Part shown: one piece after another, positions 23,871-38,000 of the stretch
Numbering within the stretch: position 1 is the stretch's first letter
Layout of the letters: each line of letters begins with the position of its first letter
From: Thalia democratica
Lineage: Eukaryota
Reading direction: 5' to 3'
DNA length: 64,000 nucleotides
Assembly: GCA_965202585.1 (NCBI GenBank)
Contig: OZ241827.1
Location: 49,600,001-49,664,000, forward strand
Translations under genes and position numbers: made by a program
Notes under the pieces: generated by a model
Told to the model about the DNA's origin: nothing
The model's database searches: none
The model's input: the letters and a program-made list of their open reading frames with translations, nothing else

Positions 23871-25365
23871 TAGTTTAAAAATAAACAGTTATTAGTTAAA
23901 ACTAAAAGTTATTATAAAATTTGTATTAAACACCACCTAACCATCTAACAACATCGTAAAAATGATATTTTACCACGGTTTTAATGGAATATAATATATT
24001 TTCTAGACTTCAATCAGCAAGTGACCACACAACTACTTAATCATTACGCTTTAAGTTAAAACAAACAAACATTTATTCAGTAACCAGAACTATTTATTTT
24101 TAAAACTCTGGCAACGCTAATAGTTGATATGATTTTATTTCATAGCTTATTGTGATAAAATAAAATTTTACTTAAAAGACAAGAACCATCTAGGTAGAAT
24201 TTTGGTTTGAAAACGAAAAATTAACTATAAAATAGTTGAATAAATGAAACAGGTAAAGGGAAAAAAAAAAAATTAGAATAGGGGTAGGCAGTGCAAAGCC
24301 GGCGAGCAAGATCTGGCCCCTAAACAGAAATTATTTTTACTCGTGTGTCACTTTTGCACGGAATTTAAGATTTCAACCTTTACACATATGTTATAACTCC
24401 AGGTTAAAAAAATAGGTAAAATTTTTGTATATTTTTATAAGCTTTCTTCGAAAATAAAAGTTTTAAAGTCTTTACTTAAACATGTTGTAAAAAAAAAGTT
24501 ATACCAAGTATAGTTTCTTAATTTTTATTATGTTATTAGTATGAAGATTTAATCAAAAACTTGTAGATATTAGTTTTTTTAGTCAAAAAACAAAACTTAA
24601 AAGTACCTAACTGAGTATTTTAACATATTTAAATGTATTCGTTTAAGATTTTATAAAAAAAAATTTTAAGTAAGTGTTCAGTAAAGTAATATTTAAAATT
24701 AGTTTTTATTAAAAGTTTAATTAAATAATTAAGTCATTGTCATAGCTTAATGGTATAAGTGTACTAAATTCAAGTTTTACTGTTATCTAAATTTAAAAAT
24801 ATGAAAACTGTTATAAAAAAGCCTTATTAAAAAAAAATTGTACTGTCCTTAATAATTAAAGTACAACTAGTTTATTGAATAATTTGAATTTAGATGTCAC
24901 TGGTGAATTTTTATATGTTAAAAAATCTTAGGGCTAACTTAACCAGTTTAATAGTAGCTAAGCAGCTTTCTCATAGAAAGTTGCTATACCAAAAATTTAG
25001 GAACTAGAATAACCTCTGCTAAATTCTGATAAAGTATTTTAACTAAGAATATTAAAAATAAGCAAAACTTAATTGGTCTTAACAAATTTGTGCTAACTTT
25101 TTTTAAAGTAAAAAAAAATCGTGTAAAATAAAAAAAAGTTGTAAGTCTTGGAAGCTGCAAGGTAGCAAAACTTTTTTTGTAAGATTTTCAAGCCAAAGAC
25201 TTTATTAGAAAACTAATTTTCACTTTTTTTTTTTCAATAAAAAAATATTGGGTTTAAGTTTTGATCTCATTTATTTTTGAACAAGTGGACTGATATTATT
25301 TGTTAATATCTTAGACTAAACATCTAACTATATTCATGGTGAATATCTATTCTATATAACATTCT

Positions 25366-25440
25366 AAACTCGATAACCGAACGATTTTTTTCTACACCAG
25401 GTCCTTGAACAAACTTTTTCAGTGCTTATTTTTTTGTCCT
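25366..25440 (+). repeat. Degenerate partial copy of the ~120-bp structured repeat
   Basis: CTCGATAACCGAACGATTTTTTTCTACACCAGGTCCTTGAAC. Confidence 0.55.
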
Positions 25441-26577
25441 TAAAACAAACTTAAATAAAAAATAAAAACAAAAAGGTCAGATAGTTATGTATGCTTTTAG
25501 TAACTTACTCTGAGTTTCCTTTCATTAGAATACGGAAGCTAGAAATAAAACAATACTTAAAAAGTTACAAACAAGTTATAAATTTGAAAAATTTTAATTT
25601 AAATAATACTTAATTAAAAAAAATCATTATATAAAAAAATTGTTACTTTTCAATACTCTATAATTAAACTTAAAATTAGTATACTATTATCTAGAATAGG
25701 GAAGACCAACATCTTTAGTGGATGAGTCAAATTTATCTAAAAAATTTTTTTGCGAGCAGCGTAATTAGAAAGAAAAAAAACTACACTACAAGATTTAGTA
25801 AAAAATATTTAAAAAACTTCAATTAAATTATCATTTAATAAACATTACTTGGTACTACAAACCAAGTTAAGTGCACAACTAAGAATATTATTATAAAAAA
25901 AGTTTTTTTTGTGTTACAAAAGTTGTTAGAATTCTATAAAAATAAGTCACGATCTAGAAGTTTCTTCATAATTTTTCAACCCCTATATACAAAGTTATGT
26001 AAAAGTACAAGCTACGGGAGCTTGAAACGTAGAACAACTAAAAAGTTATTTAGTAGCAACTATTAGTGTTCTGAGAAACAACTTTTATTACTTTCAAAAA
26101 ATTTTTTATTTGGTTTATAACCATTTCTAAGTTTAATGCTTTGTATACACCAACGCTAAGACATTCAAATATAATGTTGTAATTAAAGGTAATCTGCCAT
26201 GTGCATATTAAACTATTTTAGGCTAGGTGCTATATATGGCTATCCCTATTTTATTATATTTTATCTTATAAATAAGTTGTCACAGGATATTTATGTGTTT
26301 AAGTGATAGTGGTTTTTGATCGAATTAAAAAATGTGGCATACTTTAATTTATGTAATTTTATAAAGCTAAATAAGCTTATTGTGCTCTAAATCAGCAAAG
26401 AGTGGTATATATAATGTTTCTACACATAAAGAAAAGAAAAAATTTAAATTAAGCAGTCATAATCAAGAAATATATCTTGCCATTAGTAAAAAAAACGTTG
26501 ATACATTAGCTGCTACGTTAATACTTTAAGAAAACTTTATAGACATTATATAGTTTAAAATAAGTTCACATTTTCTT

Positions 26578-26686
26578 AGACATGACGTTAAACTGTATCC
26601 TGATGTATGACTCGATAACCGAAAGGTTTTTTCGTACACCAGTTCCTTGAACCAAATTTGTGTGCGCTTTTTTTTCGTTTAATAAA
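26578..26686 (+). repeat. Copy of the ~120-bp structured repeat
   Basis: GACTCGATAACCGAAAGGTTTTTTCGTACACCAGTTCCTTGAACC...CGTTTAATAAA. Confidence 0.65.
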
Positions 26687-26991
26687 CAATGTATATATAC
26701 ACTCATGACAAAGTTTCGACAAACAAAAACAAGTATTTTTATTATGCTGTACAATTTTATTGTCAGGAGATATAAATTACTGTGCTTCAAACCCCTTTAA
26801 ATTTTTAAATAGGCTGATTGTCTTTGAAAACAAGTAAATTAATTTCACAGAGATTTTTAGAGATTATAAGCTTTTAAATTTAAAGTTATTTGTTTAAGTA
26901 AACTGATAGTATTGAAAGTTTATGTTGGCTAAATAACTAATTAAGCTTGTCATTTAAGGTAACTAATTCTATATATTTATTCTTTCAAAAA

Positions 26992-27043
26992 TTTATTTTA
27001 CAAACTAAGTTTCGGTCAAAGACCTCTTCAGTGCTTAAATAAA
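26992..27043 (-). ncRNA. Mirror-image hammerhead ribozyme motif in the left arm of the palindrome
   Basis: Exact reverse-complement copy of 27075-27126. Confidence 0.75.
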
Positions 27044-27074
27044 TCTTATTCAAATAGAATCTATTTGAATAAGA

Positions 27075-27126
27075 TTTATTTAAGCACTGAAGAGGTCTTT
27101 GACCGAAACTTAGTTTGTAAAATAAA
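27075..27126 (+). ncRNA. Minimal type I hammerhead ribozyme motif (Penelope-like)
   Basis: Stem I TTTATTTAAGCA; core CTGAAGA (27087-27093); stem II GGTC-TTT-GACC; GAAA (27105-27108); stem III AC-TTA-GT; cleavage triplet GTT (27113-27115); stem I' TGTAAAATAAA. Confidence 0.75.
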
Positions 27127-29052
27127 TTTTTGAAAGAATAAATATATTACTTCTCCTCCAGCAGTTGAGATCTCTCTATTTGTTTTCTTAAAACCAAAAC
27201 ATATTATATGTAACTAATTCTATTGGAGTTTTTCATAAAGAAACACCAGTTTTTGGGGAAGTTTATTAACTTGTTTTAAATTTTTTTGTAAACTTTTTTG
27301 TATTTTTTTTGTTTTTTAATAAACTTTAAGTATTAAACTTAATTTTGTTATCTTTTTTAAAACTGTCTTGAAACAGAGTTATTAATTTGTCTCGCATCAA
27401 GTTATAACACAATAACAATAAATTAAAACTCCAGTTTAATCTTTTTTTCTATATCATAGTTTAAATTAATTGTTTTAACATATTTCTTTATATCTTTATT
27501 TAGTAGAAATTGTTGTCTTTGCAACTGAAGTTTTAGCTGTATTTTACCAGCAGGTCGTATGTTTTCCACCCTTATTTCACAACAAAGTTGGTTTAACTGA
27601 AAGTTAACAAACCAGAAATTGCTTATCTAACTTCTATTAATTATTAACCAGAACATAACAACTGGCTTTGGAACGGGTAACGTACAGCCCATTTGCTGGA
27701 CCTAGCCCGTCAAGCAGAAACCTCTGGCGTGAGACGTAGTTTTTATCTTAAAAACAAACTTGTCTAAACAATCAACTATGAGCTTTTCTTTTCAATAAAT
27801 GCACGATTAATTTGATTTTTTGTATGTGGTAGTAGTTAAAATTCAATACTTAAATATAGTTTTAAGTTAAAATTTAAAAAAAAGTAAAATCCCCAAAATC
27901 ACGCGGCCCACCAGAATTTATTTCCTAATATGTCCGGCCCGCAAAATATTTTTGCTGTAAATCTGACCCATGGACTTAAACATTTTCCTACAAATTATTA
28001 TAGGTTTCAAATGAATAAAAAAAGCTAAGAGGTCAAGTTCAACATCTAAATAAAAATTCTATTTTAACTGGATCCGGGTTTGGCCGGATCTTGATTTGAA
28101 AAGCAGGTCCGGATACGGATCAGTAAAATAAACCGTTTAGTGTTAGAATGAGAAATACTATAATAAAGTAATGTAGTTATAAAACCATTGCAATAATCAA
28201 CAACATAGTTATGTTTTAAAGGATGTTCTACCGCATATAAAAAGTTTAGTATAAAATTATAGACATAAAACATAAATTTGTAAAAATGTATCTTTTTATA
28301 AACACTTTAAAGTATGTTTATTTTAAACAATATGTACTTACTACTAAGGTTCAACGTAACTAATTATAGTAATTATGATATAAAAAATAAAAAGTTTTTA
28401 TTGATTCACATTCTGGTTTTCAATGTTTTTAAACTGAACTTTAAAAAATTTTCGCTATAAATTTTTTCTATTATATAGTTAAATCTAAATTAGTTTTCAA
28501 GACATTATTTCAGTATTTGAAATATGGTTTTACTTTGTTTAACAATAGTTATATTTGATTCAAATTTTATATAGTTAATTCTTATTTTAAATACTAACGT
28601 CTCTAAAATTTATTTTGAAGTGTGTGCAAAAAATCACTCAAAAAATAGTTTGATTGAAAAACATTTGAAGAAAAAGTAACTTTATACAAACGTTTTATAT
28701 TTTAAAAGATGTATACGTAACTTTTAGAGTGATTATTTTTAAAATGTTCTAATCTAACACGATAACTAACTAGGAGTAACACTTCAAAATGCTTGAGTAT
28801 ACTAAAATTCACACTCGATAATTGTAATGAAAAAATAAAAGACTTAGAAAAATAAGACAACTATTGAATATTCGGGTTTGGAAAATGATCGTTTTTTTTA
28901 TGAAAACTGGATAACAAACATACAAAAACTTTCATGACCCATTTATAGTAATTAAAAACTTATGATCGTTAATTAAAGTTAAGTTATTGTAAATACACAG
29001 TTATTCGTATTATATGTAGCTTTTACACGATTGGATTATACAGGTCTAATCA

Positions 29053-32000
29053 TCACACTCCGATCATTTTGCAGCTCCATATCTCTGCTGTGTTTTTGTA
29101 CATGTTTACTTGGCATTCATACCCATTGTTCTCCCAATTACTTTCACGAACGAGACGTTGAGGATTTACTATTACCTAAAAATAATAAAATATACTTAAA
29201 TACAAGTAATTTTTGAACATTAGTTTACCAAAACTAGCTATTGAAATTAATTTTTAAAACTTAAAATAATCTGAAATAATGTTAAGTAAGAGTCTTTAAA
29301 TATATTTAAACAAATCTTTATTCAAAAACTATTAAACATTATTTTTTGATAGTTTCAAATAAATTTGACAATTTTGTATGCAAAACATTATGTAATACCG
29401 GTATAAAACAAAGAGTTTATATTTTTACTGTCTATATAGAACATATATCGGTTTATATAGTATATTTGTTTTGACTAAACGAGTAAAATGTGCTTTACAG
29501 TTTTTCAGCTTTTAGGACCTATTAAATATAATTTTTTTTAAATATGAGTATTATAATTTTTTCACTTGTAATATGTATTCTCCATATGGTATACCAGTAA
29601 CATCAATCCATTGGCAGTCTAGACCTGCTTTGTATATATCCATACAACCAGGCGTGATTCCTTGGTGTCCCACTTTACAGTCGAACCTTAAATATGGAAG
29701 ATTTAGAAAAATATAGACATGTTTAAAAAAATTGTTATCTGTTGAGCTTTTCTAGTATTATCTATGTATTAATACAACCCAATAGATATAAGCTTATTTT
29801 TAGAAGAAAATAAAGGTTTAAATCAAAAGCAAGCGTCTAACTTTTTTCTAGCACCACCAGTACATTCGCTGTCCTCTAAACAGAACGACGCTTTGTGACC
29901 TTCAGCAACTTTGTTTCTGTTTGTATCCAGAAGGTCGTAGTGAGTAAAAACTGCCATGCTATGGTTATGGCTGTAATTTTTTGTAGTTTAGAGTAAATGT
30001 TAAAAACTGTTTATTAGTCTATAAAATCGAAAAACACAAAAAATAACAATAACAAAAGTTTGAATACATACTACGAATTTAATAGTATTACAAAAAACAT
30101 ATTATTAATGTAATTTTCTAAGATCCAAAACTTGTTTTTACAATTTTATTTTTACAACTGTAGTAAACGTTTGTAACTTTTTCACTTTAAGTTTTTGTTT
30201 AGATAAAAAAGTTTATTTTGTTTAGCTATTACTATAAAAAACGCGCTCGTAAAATATAATTTAAAAATTTGGTCGCGTATTAAAGCTAGTAAAATTTACA
30301 AAACTGTTTTTATTACTTTGACTTGCTTACTTGTGACAATCGTGCCAAATCCAGTCTTCTTTGGCCATAGAAGGATAGAAATCGGCTTCTCCGATGTTAT
30401 GAACTGTTGTTTCAAATCTCAGAAGTCTCCTTGAAAATTAATTGTTTTGTTTTTAAATCAAGACTAAAATATAAATTTAAAAAGTTTGTTATAGTTTGAA
30501 TCTATCTTAGTGTAAGTTATAGTTTCTTATATTGTAAATTAACAAAATAACAAAATATTGTTTTCAGGCTTAACAATTTAGTTGTAAGTTTTTTGTTTTA
30601 AACTAAGTTTAAAATTGTAGAACTGATGGTGTAAGAGTATTTCAAATGATTAAAAGAGATATTAAAGCTTTAAAACTTTAGTAAGATCTGCTTCAGTAAA
30701 GTTAAAGTTAAATGTGGGTAATTAACTATGCGAAAATAAGTATATTCGAAGTAGTTTTGAATATTATTAGAAACTTACATTAAAAAATGTTACAATTACT
30801 AAAATTCAAGAGAGAAAAAGTAAATTTTGTTAATTAAATGATGATAACCTTTACTACTACAGCTCTTCATTGTGGTGATTATTTGCGTTTACAGAGACAG
30901 TAATTAAAAATTAAAAAATTAAAACACAATTAAAATCAAAAGAAGCTAGCTACATACCGCATTGACGAGTATGGGGCGCTGTTTGCTGAAGAAGAAAGAC
31001 AACCTTCACCTCTGGCGCACAATAGCGACTCAACCGATTTTTTGTCGAGGAAAAAGTGACTGATTAACCTTCGTTTGTCAAGCTTGAGGTCTGGAAGCTT
31101 TTCTACAAAGTGTCTGTACTAGTATCATGTCAATCATAATAGTTTAGGTTTAAGACTTATTGTATTGTATGTTACGTGTTCTATAAGTAAGTTCATCTGC
31201 TGTATGATACAAACTAGTAACTTACTTAAAATTGACTGCTGTTTGGATTATCAAAACTTATTTTATATATAGTTTTTGCTTATCCTAAAAGTGTTTTGTA
31301 GCAAACTTAAGCAAATTTGATTATAATATAACTTAGTAAACAAGTTCACGCTACAAAGAAATTACCTTAAAATATTTTTGATCTTGTAATTTTATAGTAC
31401 TTATGGTCTACAAAATATTAAGAGACAATCTATCAAAACTTTACTTTAATTTAATCAAAATTGAACGTATCAAAAATGTAATTTATAGTAAACCAAGCTG
31501 TGTAGAGCTAGAATAGGGGTGGGCAACGTACGGCCCGCGGGCCGGATCCGGCCCCCGGAGTCAAAATGACCGGCCCCCAAACCTTTTTTAAATTTAAATG
31601 GAATCCGGCCCGCGGACGAAATCTATCCGGCCCGCGAGTGGATGATCCGGCCCGCTAAGCATTTTAAAAATTTATATAAAATCCTACAAGCCCATGTAAA
31701 CATTACAAAATTTGTACAAAACCTTTTTTATATTATTTTCACAAAATAAACTATAAGACTTTAACCTGAAAACGTTTTTAAAAGTGGCTTTTTTTTTGTA
31801 GTAATAAAAACACTCTTTTGTTATAGTACCTGATTCTGTTTTAAGTCAGTTGAATTAATTCTTCCTGAAATTATCTAAAAAAATTGTTTGCTGAACTAAC
31901 TTTGATGATTCTACCTACCATAACAATTTTCATGAAAATGACATGTAAAAATTTGTTGTATTTCTCAGATGTCTAGTGAGTTGTTCTTATAATGTTAAGA

Positions 32001-35000
32001 AAAGTAGTTTTTAATAACATTGACACCTACTTAAAGTAAAATTGCTCAACTCTACATCTTAATAGAACATTCCAAGTTGAGACTAAAATTTGCACTCTTT
32101 TCTGCTTTTGATATTTTAATTAAGGAATTTTTGATTACTTAAATGGTTAAGTTTAACTATGACCAACTGATGAAAATATTTCAAAACAATATCTTTTTAA
32201 CCTTAATTATGATTTGTTTAGGAATTTTTTTAGGTATGTTTGTAATACCAGTTTACAATCTAACAAACTTTTAAATGAATTTTTATTAGGTTTTTAAATT
32301 AAAAGATAGTAGTTTAATTTTGTAATGTTAGTTAACTTCTGAACAATTTTATTAATGCAGCCTCGAGCCAAGGATTACCAAAATTAGATAGTTTCGGATA
32401 GTTAAATTTTTTTAATATTTAGTTTGAAATCTTAGGCTCGAGTGACTTTTAATAATTAAATTACTGGTTTTATAAAACTAACTAGTATTAATTCGGTTTA
32501 GAGTTGTGTTAAATGTAGAATTATGAGTACTTACTAATAATTAACTTAAAATTTTATACTTGAGAACCTTGGTAATTAATAAATTGACTTAAAATTTTAA
32601 AATACCAGATTAATTAGCATCCAGCCGGATCCAAGTCTTTTAAAATTAGTTCTTTTGAATAGAATCTATTCGGATACAAAACCTTGTCTAAAATTAGTAT
32701 TTAGCCGGATCCGGATAACATTTTTGAATAAAGATCCGGATCTAAAATAAGGATCCAACTGAATTCGGTAGATCACTTACTCGAAATGCTCCGGCCCGCT
32801 AAGGAATGATTTTTTTTGGATCCGGCCCTTCAATTATTTACGTTGCCCACCCCTAAGCTAGAATAAACTCACTAAAACTTACTATTAAAAACTGAATAAA
32901 AAAATTAATTAGTGGTTTTATTTTTTCATGAGAAAAAGTTTATAATCGTACTTTTTTGGTTCTATAAAATTAGTCTTTTTTAGAATGATATCAAATGAAA
33001 TTAAAAGTCTTGAGTACTATTTTCGAAATTAAAAAACAACGTTATAAAATTGTTAAAATCAAAACTAGCGTTTATAGTAATACTCTGATCAAGATACATA
33101 TATCATTACTATGTATTGTAAACTTTAGAACTTAATAAACTAAACTTTAAAGTTTTAAGCTGTATTTAAGATAAGTTTAAATTAAGGTTTGTTAAGAAAG
33201 CTAGCAGAAAAAAAACAGTTGAATGATTTTGTTAAACATACATAATACTTATTTTTTAATGTATTTTCTTATAAAACTAACCTAATAACTTTTATGATAC
33301 TAATAATGATGAATGGCTATCTATGTTTTTACTGATGTAGTTTTGTTTTTCAAGGGTTATGTTTATTTTAAGGAAAACTTTTGAAAATATTAACTGTATT
33401 ACTTTTGAATACCAAAAATAAAAAAATGTATAAAGTTATACACTTTTTTTTTTTTAATTTAGTATAAATTTAGTATTTCTAACACAACGTAAACTAAAAA
33501 AAAATTATAGAACATTTCTAAATTAGTTATATTTTAACTTGTTAGTGTAATGTAAAAATAAAACTATATTGCTGTAATCTTATAGTATGTTGTTTTAGTT
33601 AAATCAATTAGTTTTCAAATTATAGTAATTATATATTTTTCGTTAATTCTTATTCGATGGTAATAACACGAAAATAATAAAGAATTTTTATTAAACTTTG
33701 TGATAAAATACCAAAAAGGTTATATTTCATAAGCACCAAAAAGTTTCAACTTGATCGTTTTGAAAGATTAACGGCTTGAAAAAAGAAAACATAGTTTTAA
33801 TAAGATATTTATAATCTTAGAGTCTTTTATTTTTTATTAAGAAATGTTAATTTACATAATCTTTTACTTATAAATGTTTCAATGTTTTTAAGAAATTTCT
33901 AGAAAATTTGAGAAAAAATGTTAGCTCCTATCATGCGGAAAAATAACGTTCTGGATGAATAAAGATCACACGTGGTTTTGTGTCTACTAAAAGAAACATA
34001 TTCTAGACTTGTCTAGCAACAAATCAGTCTGTCGGACTGAAGATTTTTTTTTATAAAAACTGTTTACACTTATTGTTTTTAACAAAAGCATCTCAAATTG
34101 CAAAAAATCAAACAGTTTTAAGGTTTATATTTAGAAAAAGGTATGATAAAGTTAGAAAATGTAGTTAAAAAGAGTACGTGGAAAAAAAATTGTAAAAATA
34201 AAAAGTTTATTTAAACTATAAAAGCTGCTTTTTTCACTTAACTACAACTTATGATTAGTGTTACAGAAGTTGATTAAAATGTTATTTGCAGTAACTATTT
34301 TTGAGACAGTTAACCTTCTCTCATGTACAACCTAATTGCAAATCAAAATCAACAAAAACAGCCCTTTTAATCAAAACAATTAAATTTAAAAAGTTTTTGC
34401 TTATTTTCTGTTCTTCTTTTTCAACCTTCGCATTTGCTTAATGCTTTTCTTGTTTCTAGCCAGACCGCTTTGCTTTGCTTTTCTTTTCGATGCGCCTTTT
34501 CGGTGTCTTGCTGACCGACGTCCTATAAATTATTCTTTATTTTGAAAATTTAGGTAAATTATTAAAAGTTCTGTTAAAAATCGTTTATACCTTGAAAATT
34601 AGTACCAGTTTTTTTTTTCTTTAATTTAACAAAAATGAAAAAGTAAACTTTCTAACGGATTAAAACTTAAATGCATTGCAAGCGGCCTGACTAAAAACTC
34701 TTAATAGACTATCTTTATATACACTTCTACATTTAAGACTACATCAAACATGATGAATTTTATGAATTTAAAAAGACATCACAGTGTTCCGAAAAGCACA
34801 AACTAAAAAAACCATTAGTTTTCCTTCAAATCGAAAAAATTTAACTGTGTTAAAGATAAAACCTACAACAGCTTAAAAGAATAAAAGAAGGGGCTAAGCA
34901 GTTAAAGAAATGCTTTTACAAACTTATACGTAGCAAACTAACCCTGAGATGGTTGGTTAACAGCTGGTTGTTGCGATTCTTGTGGTACTACTTCTCCTCC

Positions 35001-38000
35001 TGGATATTGATTTTGTACTGGTTCTGTTATTCAAACGCAATGTTTAAAAAAATATATTTGTATATAATTTTTTTTCTTTCTTAAGATCAGGATTTGTTTT
35101 TCTTCTATGGAACTTAAACTATGCGTGTTATATTTTTACGTTAAGTTTATAGCAAATAAAACGAACGTATTTAGTATTTTCAATACCTTTATAAAAACAT
35201 AACATAAACATACTGCTACAGTTTAAATTAACAATTCATAATCATAAAATACTAATTTTTGAAAAGTTTAATTGAGAAAGTTCTTTAACCCCTGGTATTG
35301 GTTTAAAAATATAAAATAAGATTTTTTTTTACTTAAACATTTTTGTACAGTCTATATTTCTAACTTAAGAGAAGTAAAAAAAAAAACACTAAATTTTTAA
35401 AACTGTTTCATAACTAGCCTTGAGGTGGGGGATATGAGTTGTCATCGGAATAAGCATCACCTCCTACAGGTTGCCATTCATCAGCACTGTTATCCTGGAA
35501 TATATTAATTCTTTGATATATGAACTCATAATGTTTTCATTTTAGTAAGAAGCAAAAAGTTGATAGAATTTAGCTATAAAACTTAAACATGTTTACTTGA
35601 AATATAACTAAAGTATTCGATAAAAAAAAGTTTAAAAACTAGTTAGTAAAACTTCTATTAAAGTCATTGAATAATAGAGGCCTAACTAGATAGATATTTA
35701 TAATGACTTGACTATAGTTTACGAAGGCTAGATAATAAACAAACAAAAAATGATTATATTTAAATTGTAAAAAGAAAAAAAAGCTATCATATACTACAAG
35801 TACTTATTTTGTCATATTTGATAAAAAATGTTTTTAGTGGTTTTGCCTTAAAAACTTATTTCACAGTCTTTGTACGTTGTTCTTAATTTGCATTTTAATC
35901 TTTACTGTTTTAAAATTTGTGAAAAAAGCTCATTATTACAGTTTGCTACTTTTAAGAACAAACTATTTGAAATATTTCAAGCTTTTTACAAAGGTTAAAA
36001 AATAAGACTTTTTACGACTACTTTGAAAATCGACAGTTAAAATTTTATAAGTAGTCGGTAAAAGGTCATTTGGTTGTATTAAAGAAAACTCGATCAAGTA
36101 AAAATTAATTTATAGTTATTTCAAAAGCTCTATTTTATAATTATCAAATAGTTTTGGTATTTAGTTTTAACATTGTTTTCATTTAATAATTTCTAAACAA
36201 TATAGTTTTGTAATGATGTTTTAGTTCGAAGATAATAGTTAACTGGGTAATTTGCTTTGATTAAAAGAATATTTTTATTTTGTTCTAAATATACAAAGTT
36301 TCTAGCTTAAATTGAAAAATTGCAAAAGTTTAATGCGGCAAACCTAAAAAAAAAACAACTAGTGATTGTTTTAAAGAAACTATTTTATAAGTATTATTCC
36401 TGTGTAGTTCTTTATATAGATTTTTCAATATGCTTGCTTGTTATTATTTTTGAACGAAGCGTTTGCTTTTGATTATTCTTAAATAACATAAAGTCCTAGT
36501 TTTGCTGAAAGTTGTTATCTGAACAAAGCCATTAAACAAAATAATTAAAAATAAATATATATGTCATCAGAAATATTACACAAAGTCACTAATTGATAGA
36601 TATTTATAATTTTAAAACTAACGTTTACATCATTGCCTGGGTTAGGGTTAAATGGCAGCACATATGGATTGGAATTTCCGCTTGCTCCAGAGCTGATAAA
36701 CGCATTTATTATTAAAGTCTTGTTCTTACATTAAATATTCAACATTGAAAGTATTTGTTAATTAAAAAAAAGTATTCAACACGAACATTTAACTAATGAT
36801 TTTACGTAGCTCCTTTAAATTAACAAAACTTATTTTTATTAACTAAATATCAATACTTATTTAGAAATAAATAAAAAGTTGGTAAGTTGTACACCAAAAG
36901 TAATCAACCTTTTACAGTTATTTATAGTAGTTGACAATTAATACATAATTAAAAAGCTCTTTTGGAAGAAGTTTCGTTAAAGTTTGCAAAAATTTTTCAA
37001 AACGTATTTTTTGCTTTAATAGTTTGTGATATCATTAAGTTAGTTAAAAACTTTATATACTAATAATTACATTTTTCCTAAGTTCAGTTATATACAGTTT
37101 GATATAACTTCAACTTTCGTATATGTTTAAGTTAATAGCTATTCTAATTTACTCAATCAAAACAACTAGTTAATTAGAAAAAAAACCTTGAAGAGTTTGA
37201 AACATCCCCCTCTGACGGATTATATATCGGCAACGTGTAGCTGTACGGTGAACTATTATCCGTTTCCCCGGCACCTTGGTTCTCGTAGTAACCGCCCCAT
37301 CCGTTCGAGCTGCCCACACCACCAGTACCTGTGTCACCCCAGTTGCTCGTTTCTCCATTGCTCGGGCTGCCACCCTGACTTCCGTAGCCGTAGCTTTCGC
37401 CCGAAGAGGGGTTCGATGGTGCGCTCTGGCCTCCGTTGTAGGGGTATATGGGCGGCGGAACGCTGTCTCCAGTGTTACTTTCGCCGTATCCTCCATATAT
37501 ATTCTGCTCGCTACTTGCCTGACCCCCGTAAGCACCATCACCGTTTGAACTGTCCGATCCGGGGACGGGGTAAGCGGGGAACGAATAAATCGATTCGCTC
37601 GAATCAGCGCCCGGCAATGCCGATCCAGAGTTTGAAAGGTAGGGATTGTTAGAAGCGTCGTCTGGCGAGGAAACGTAGTTGTTGTTCAAGTAAGGGTTGG
37701 ACAAGGTGTCTTGGTTTCCGTAATTGTACAATGATGACGGGCTCGCCGGCTCTTCTTCGCTACCTTGATTAGTGCTTCCGTAAGGATCTGTGTAACCGTA
37801 ATTGTTAGGAGAAGATGACCCTGTTGCGTCACTGGAACCGGCGGGGCCTGGTAAATAGTAGGAGTTGTAAGTGTTGCCAGAATTGCTTGAACCAGATTCA
37901 ACCCCAACATTTGCGTATGGGTTCGGTGCTCCGGTTTCAGTTTCCGCTGAAGGTATTGATGGCGAAGAGTCTCCGAAACCCTGCGATGATCCATAAGGAT

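Larger units (their letters stand above)
26971..27147. repeat. Perfect 177-bp palindrome (88-bp arms, 1-nt spacer)
   Basis: Left arm 26971-27058 is the reverse complement of 27060-27147, with a single A at 27059; pairing stops at 26970/27148. Confidence 0.95.

Noticed and set aside
7944-28273. Short ORFs at 7944, 15276, 17917, 20349, 20468, 21387, 21745, 26566 and 28064
   Set aside because: Chance ORFs within MITEs, repeats or AT-rich low-complexity DNA; no transposase motifs.
33640-33735. Minus-strand ATG with a hydrophobic stretch ([24 protein letters not shown]) that might be a separate LOX signal-peptide exon
   Set aside because: It hits a stop with no phase-1 donor after the hydrophobic segment; F/I/L-rich translations are expected from AT-rich DNA.
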